64,000 bases of DNA, from NCBI GenBank assembly GCA_963753085.1, contig CAVWBF010000027.1, forward strand, positions 10,382 to 74,381. The letters run 5' to 3'. Of this stretch, positions 60,715-64,000 are shown in pieces. How positions within the stretch are numbered: position 1 is the first letter of the stretch; every line of letters begins with the position of its first letter. A program made the translations under genes and the position numbers. Below the pieces are notes generated by a model, which saw nothing but the letters and a program-made list of their open reading frames with translations, was not told where the DNA came from and did not search any database. Source of the stretch: an uncultured Spirochaetota bacterium (GTDB taxonomy: Bacteria; Spirochaetota; Spirochaetia; SZUA-6; Fen-1364).

Positions 60715-60728
60715 TTTCTTCTCCCTGG

Positions 60729-60935
60729 CTACAGCGAGCGGATCGTGGATTCCATGAGGCTGGTTTCCTCGGCATCGAGGTATCCAGCCCGCACGGCGAA
60801 AGAGGCCGTTCCCAGCCCGGCGTCCCAGACCTGCTGGCCCTCGTACGGGAGGACCACGATGTGGCCGTGAAGCTCGGCCGGCGGTTTATCCTTTTTGCCG
60901 AAGAGACATCTCTCAAGGTGGATTCGCCCCGTCAC
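60729..60935 (-). CDS. Small hypothetical protein (68 aa) between deoR and the kinase gene
   Basis: GTG start preceded by GAAGGAGGGAG. 14-nt gap to the kinase gene. No family recognised. Confidence 0.45.
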   Translation of the reverse strand: MTGRIHLERCLFGKKDKPPAELHGHIVVLPYEGQQVWDAGLGTASFAVRAGYLDAEETSLMESTIRSL

Positions 60936-60959
60936 GGCTCCCTCCTTCGTCGATATTTT

Positions 60960-61733
60960 TCAGGCGATATGAAGGACTATTCCCAGGTTCCTGATGATCT
61001 CCGCGTACTCCGTCGGTATCCCAGAGTCAGTGACGATCTCATCGAAATCGGAGAGATCCGCGAAGTAGTCGGAACGAATGACCCCGAACTTCGAGGAATC
61101 CACGAGAAGGATCTTTGTCCTGGAGGACTGGATGACGGCCTTCTTCGTCTCCCGTTCGTAGGAGTTCATGCAGGTGACGCCAAACTGGTGGTTTGCCCCG
61201 GAGGCCGAGATGAAGGCCTTTGTCGCCCTGAAGTTCCTGATCATCTCCAGGCTTTCGGGGCTCTCGAACATAAGGGTGTTTTCGTGGTACACGCCCCCGG
61301 CAAACATCGTTTTGCAGTTCCTTCGGCGGACGGTTTCTGAAACGACATTCAGGGAAAAGCACAATACAGTGTACGGGATGGTCTCGGGGAGGTATTTTGC
61401 CAGGTATTCCGTCGTCGAACCGACATCGATCAAGAGGGTATCCTCGGGCTGGATCAGGGAAGCGGCACGCTGCCCGATCCTTCGCTTCAGCTCGGGATGC
61501 TCGGCCCCCGCGGCGATGAGCGAGTAGTAGCTCTCCGTCTCACGCGAGCTGGAAGGGTGAAGGATCACGCTCCCGTGAAGGACCTTGACCTTTTCACTCT
61601 GCACGAGCGATACGAGATCACGACGGACAGTCATATGGCTGACCTTGAGCTGCCGCGACAATTCCTGGACGCTCGCCGCTTTGCTGATCTGAAGTGTCTG
61701 CATTATCACGGCCAGCCGATCGGTCCTGTTCAT
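60960..61733 (-). CDS. DeoR-family transcriptional repressor
   Basis: N-terminal HTH (ASVQELSRQLKVSHMTVRRDL) and a DeoR C-terminal sensor domain. Divergent from the BMC shell operon. Confidence 0.9.
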   Translation of the reverse strand: MNRTDRLAVIMQTLQISKAASVQELSRQLKVSHMTVRRDLVSLVQSEKVKVLHGSVILHPSSSRETESYYSLIAAGAEHPELKRRIGQRAASLIQPEDTLLIDVGSTTEYLAKYLPETIPYTVLCFSLNVVSETVRRRNCKTMFAGGVYHENTLMFESPESLEMIRNFRATKAFISASGANHQFGVTCMNSYERETKKAVIQSSRTKILLVDSSKFGVIRSDYFADLSDFDEIVTDSGIPTEYAEIIRNLGIVLHIA

Positions 61734-61828
61734 ATGATTCTAAACGACGCCTCCGCAGGATAGAATATCATAGATGTTAAAAAAAGAAAATATATTTCAC
61801 ATTCTTTAACCTATTTTTGATGTTTTGG

Positions 61829-61857
61829 TTGACATTTAACATTTTCGAATCTATAAT
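61829..61857 (+). promoter_or_regulatory. Consensus sigma-70 promoter of the BMC shell operon
   Basis: TTGACA (61829-61834), 17-nt spacer, TATAAT (61852-61857), in an AT-rich island. About 135-nt leader to ATG 61999. Confidence 0.65.
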
Positions 61858-61998
61858 GAGCGGTGGATCTTGATCAGGGGAGATCCAGGCCCTTTCCCTG
61901 ACGGAGATTCTACCGAGGGTCTTCCTTTCATATCGATTCTTTTCGCTGCCTCGGCTATTGTGGTCAGGCGGCTGTTTCTTTGAATGCAAGGAGGAGTC

Positions 61999-62301
61999 AT
62001 GGCGGACAGCGGATTTGAAGCCCTCGGGATGATCGAGACCCGGGGCTTTGCGGCGATGGTGGAAGCCGCTGATGCGATGGTGAAGGCGGCCAGGGTGGAC
62101 CTGGTTGGCTTCGAGAAAATCGGCGGCGGCTACGTGACGGCCATCGTGCGCGGTGACGTCGCGGCCTGCCGCGCGGCGGTGGACGCGGGAAGCAGGGCGG
62201 CGGAGAAGGTGGGGGAGATCGTTTCCACCCACGTCATTCCGCGGCCGCACGTGTCCGTGGACCAGGCGCTCCCGCTGGGCCGCGGTGAGCGAAAGGGGTA
62301 G
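61999..62301 (+). CDS. BMC-H (hexamer) microcompartment shell protein, PduA/EutM-like
   Basis: [24 protein letters not shown]...[26 protein letters not shown] 61999 follows AAGGAGGAG. Confidence 0.9.
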   Translation: MADSGFEALGMIETRGFAAMVEAADAMVKAARVDLVGFEKIGGGYVTAIVRGDVAACRAAVDAGSRAAEKVGEIVSTHVIPRPHVSVDQALPLGRGERKG

Positions 62302-62304
62302 GCC

Positions 62305-62946
62305 ATGGCAATAGACCTGAGAACCTACGTATTCCTCGATTCCCTGCAGCTGCAGAATGCGAGCTTCATTGCCACGGTGAGCAAGGGATATTACCCCGTT
62401 GGCATGCAGGCCTGCTGCGTGGTCGAGATTGCTCCGGGCATCGAGATCAACCGTCTGACCGACATTGCGTTGAAGGCGACAAACGTGACTCCCGGCCTCC
62501 AGATCGTGGAGCGCGCGTACGGGCTCCTCGAGGTGCACTCCGACAGCCAGGGAGATGCCCGCATGGCCGGAGAGGCAGTCCTGCGTGAGCTGAAGAAGAA
62601 CGAGGGAGACAGGCTGAAGCCGCGCGTGCTGACCAGCCAGCTCATCAAGAACATCTCGGACCACCACGCGCAGCTCATCAACAAGGTGCGGCACGGGAAC
62701 ATGGTGCTGCGCGGGGACACGCTGTACGTGCTGGAAGTGGAGCCCGCCGGCTACGCGTACTACGCGGCAAACGAGGCGGAGAAGACGAGCGCGGTGAACA
62801 TCATCGAGGTGCTCGGTTTCGGCGCTTTCGGGCGGGTGTACATCGCAGGAGAAGAAGCGGAAGTAATCGAGGCCAGGAAAGTCGTGGAGTCGCGGCTCTC
62901 CGGGCTGAGCGGCCGCGAGATCGCGGCAACGGCGGCCAGAATTTAG
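62305..62946 (+). CDS. Two-domain BMC shell protein (BMC-T-like)
   Basis: 213 aa with two BMC-like halves ([23 protein letters not shown]...; [25 protein letters not shown]...). Sits between the two BMC-H genes. Confidence 0.7.
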   Translation: MAIDLRTYVFLDSLQLQNASFIATVSKGYYPVGMQACCVVEIAPGIEINRLTDIALKATNVTPGLQIVERAYGLLEVHSDSQGDARMAGEAVLRELKKNEGDRLKPRVLTSQLIKNISDHHAQLINKVRHGNMVLRGDTLYVLEVEPAGYAYYAANEAEKTSAVNIIEVLGFGAFGRVYIAGEEAEVIEARKVVESRLSGLSGREIAATAARI

Positions 62947-62980
62947 GCTTGCGCGCAATACGAAGAGGAGAAACGGGAAA

Positions 62981-63292
62981 ATGGCAGACAACGGCTTTGA
63001 TGCTTTGGGAATGATCGAGACACGGGGATTCGCGGCAATGGTGGAAGCCGCCGACGCCATGGTGAAGGCGGCCAAGGTGGACCTGATCGGCTTCGAGAAG
63101 ATCGGCGGCGGCTACGTGACGGCCATCGTGCGCGGAGACGTTGCCGCCTGCAGGGCGGCGGTGGACGCGGGAAGCAGGGCGGCGGAGAAAGTGGGGGAGA
63201 TCGTGAGCACCCACGTGATTCCGCGGCCGCACGAGGGCGTTGATGCAGCGCTTCCCCTGGGACGGCAGCCCGCGGCCACGGGCAAGAAGTAG
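62981..63292 (+). CDS. BMC-H microcompartment shell protein (paralog)
   Basis: [26 protein letters not shown].... Shares long nucleotide-identical blocks with 61999-62301. Confidence 0.9.
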   Translation: MADNGFDALGMIETRGFAAMVEAADAMVKAAKVDLIGFEKIGGGYVTAIVRGDVAACRAAVDAGSRAAEKVGEIVSTHVIPRPHEGVDAALPLGRQPAATGKK

Positions 63293-63306
63293 CGGGACGC
63301 TCTCCC

Positions 63307-63612
63307 ATGGTGCTTGCGCGGGTGAAGGGCACGGTCGTTTCCACGCACAAACCCTCCAGCATGGAGGGGATGCGATTCCTTCTCCTGGAGAAGATCGACG
63401 CTGTTACCCTGGCCGGCAAGGGCGATTACGTGGTGGGCATTGACGGGGTGGGGGCGAACGTCGGGGAGATCGTGTTCTACGTCACGGGTTCCAGCGCCCG
63501 GATGACGGACACCACCAAGGGCAAGCCCTCCGATGCCACGATCATCGCGGTGGTGGATATCATCGAGAAGGACGGGAAGCTCACCTACCAGAAGTCGGAG
63601 GCCGCGGAGTGA
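63307..63612 (+). CDS. BMC-P (pentamer vertex) protein, EutN/CcmL family
   Basis: MVLARVKGTVVSTHK... typical EutN N-terminus, 101 aa. Confidence 0.9.
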   Translation: MVLARVKGTVVSTHKPSSMEGMRFLLLEKIDAVTLAGKGDYVVGIDGVGANVGEIVFYVTGSSARMTDTTKGKPSDATIIAVVDIIEKDGKLTYQKSEAAE

Positions 63613-63634
63613 TGGCGGCCCGAAAGGCGCGTGC

Positions 63635-63925
63635 ATGACCCTGGCTGTTGTGCGCGGCACGGTGGTGGCGACAAAGCGTGCGGACAAGGTGGACGGGGCC
63701 AGGTGGCTCCTCGTGGAGGAGTGCAACCAGAGCGCGCAGGGCAAGGGCGAATACCTGGTCGGACTGGACATGGTGGGGGCCGAGCGCGGGCAGGTGGTGC
63801 TCCTGACGCAGGGCAGCAGCTGCCGGTGGACCAGCAGGACGGACGACCGCCCCATGGATACGCTCGTGGTGGCAATCGTGGATACGATCCATAGCGGCGG
63901 ACAGGCCCAGTACAATGCGCAGTAA
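63635..63925 (+). CDS. BMC-P (pentamer vertex) protein, EutN/CcmL family (second copy)
   Basis: MTLAVVRGTVVATKR... from ATG 63635. The longer ORF from 63533 overlaps the previous gene. Confidence 0.85.
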   Translation: MTLAVVRGTVVATKRADKVDGARWLLVEECNQSAQGKGEYLVGLDMVGAERGQVVLLTQGSSCRWTSRTDDRPMDTLVVAIVDTIHSGGQAQYNAQ

Positions 63926-63949
63926 CGCGAGGCGGGCAAGAGGCTTTGC

Positions 63950-64000
63950 ATGGGCTTGAGTGAAGATATCCGACAGATCGTGGAGCAGGTGCTGAAGAGC
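63950..64000 (+). CDS. 5' end of the next BMC-locus gene (truncated by the window edge); the N-terminus resembles an encapsulation peptide
   Basis: MGLSEDIRQIVEQVLKS... forms an amphipathic helix pattern. Only 17 codons are visible. Confidence 0.4.
   Translation, partial: MGLSEDIRQIVEQVLKS

Noticed and set aside
60729-60935. Interpreting the 68-aa ORF as a HIT-family (histidine triad) fragment because of ELHGHIVV
   Set aside because: Only two of the three His of the HxHxHxx motif are present, and the protein is about half the usual length. It is left as hypothetical.
61777-63075. 432-aa minus-strand ORF across the BMC region
   Set aside because: Antisense to three shell genes whose products are unmistakable. 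It would also run through the AT-rich promoter region.
1-64000. Search by eye for rRNA, tRNA, CRISPR arrays, transposases, integrases, phage genes or defence-system genes (restriction enzymes, Cas, abortive-infection types)
   Set aside because: None was recognised in the ORF track or the sequence. The unusual loci are therefore not supported as mobile islands by flanking mobility genes. Short tRNA-like sequences could have been missed without a search tool.

Overview
Visibly GC-rich, densely coding bacterial chromosomal window of Gram-negative type (porin, lipoproteins, sigma-54-type promoter). Reading by eye I found no rRNA, tRNA, CRISPR array, transposase, integrase or phage genes. All start codons were chosen by eye from the ORF track and the sequence, and the track prints GTG/TTG starts as M. 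Gene content in order: M20 peptidase; short-form type IIA topoisomerase A/B pair; sugar or inositol-like oxidoreductase/isomerase cluster; a minus-strand operon joining a radical-SAM/SPASM enzyme to a large membrane protein with a C-terminal CXXX (ACHS)n cysteine-repeat tail; NlpC/P60, SRPBCC and GDPD genes; GPH transporter, PocR-AraC regulator, Zn-ADH, PAS protein, FGGY (rhamnulokinase-like) kinase; Hsp20 behind a sigma-54-like promoter; NudC; a Tag glycosylase ORF fused in frame to a PhoB-like response regulator. This is followed by a long, translationally coupled phosphate/polyphosphate operon (phoR, pstS with a frameshift, pstCAB, phoU, ppx, ppk1, sixA, CYTH-CHAD, ParA-like ATPase, metallophosphoesterase). 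After that come a partner-switching module (GHKL-like protein, CBS-PP2C, two STAS proteins); two paralogous signal-peptide-less collagen-like proteins with Lys-rich N-termini, one preceded by two RHH-like genes; a porin; a 470-bp non-coding region with a terminator-ended sRNA candidate; a DEAH helicase; CoaX; a cNMP-gated K+ channel; an ABC importer; a transglutaminase-like protein; and a DeoR / small ORF / ribokinase unit divergent from a bacterial microcompartment shell operon that runs off the window. A direct-repeat motif with 11-bp phasing (TTAACA/TTCACA type, Pho-box-like) recurs upstream of pstS, the porin, the ABC importer, both STAS genes, the GHKL gene, a small Cys-rich ORF and the sRNA candidate. 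The most unusual candidate system is the rSAM/SPASM enzyme with the membrane-protein CXXX tail. Next come the polyP-operon ParA-like ATPase, the collagen-like/RHH loci and the Pho-box-preceded sRNA.
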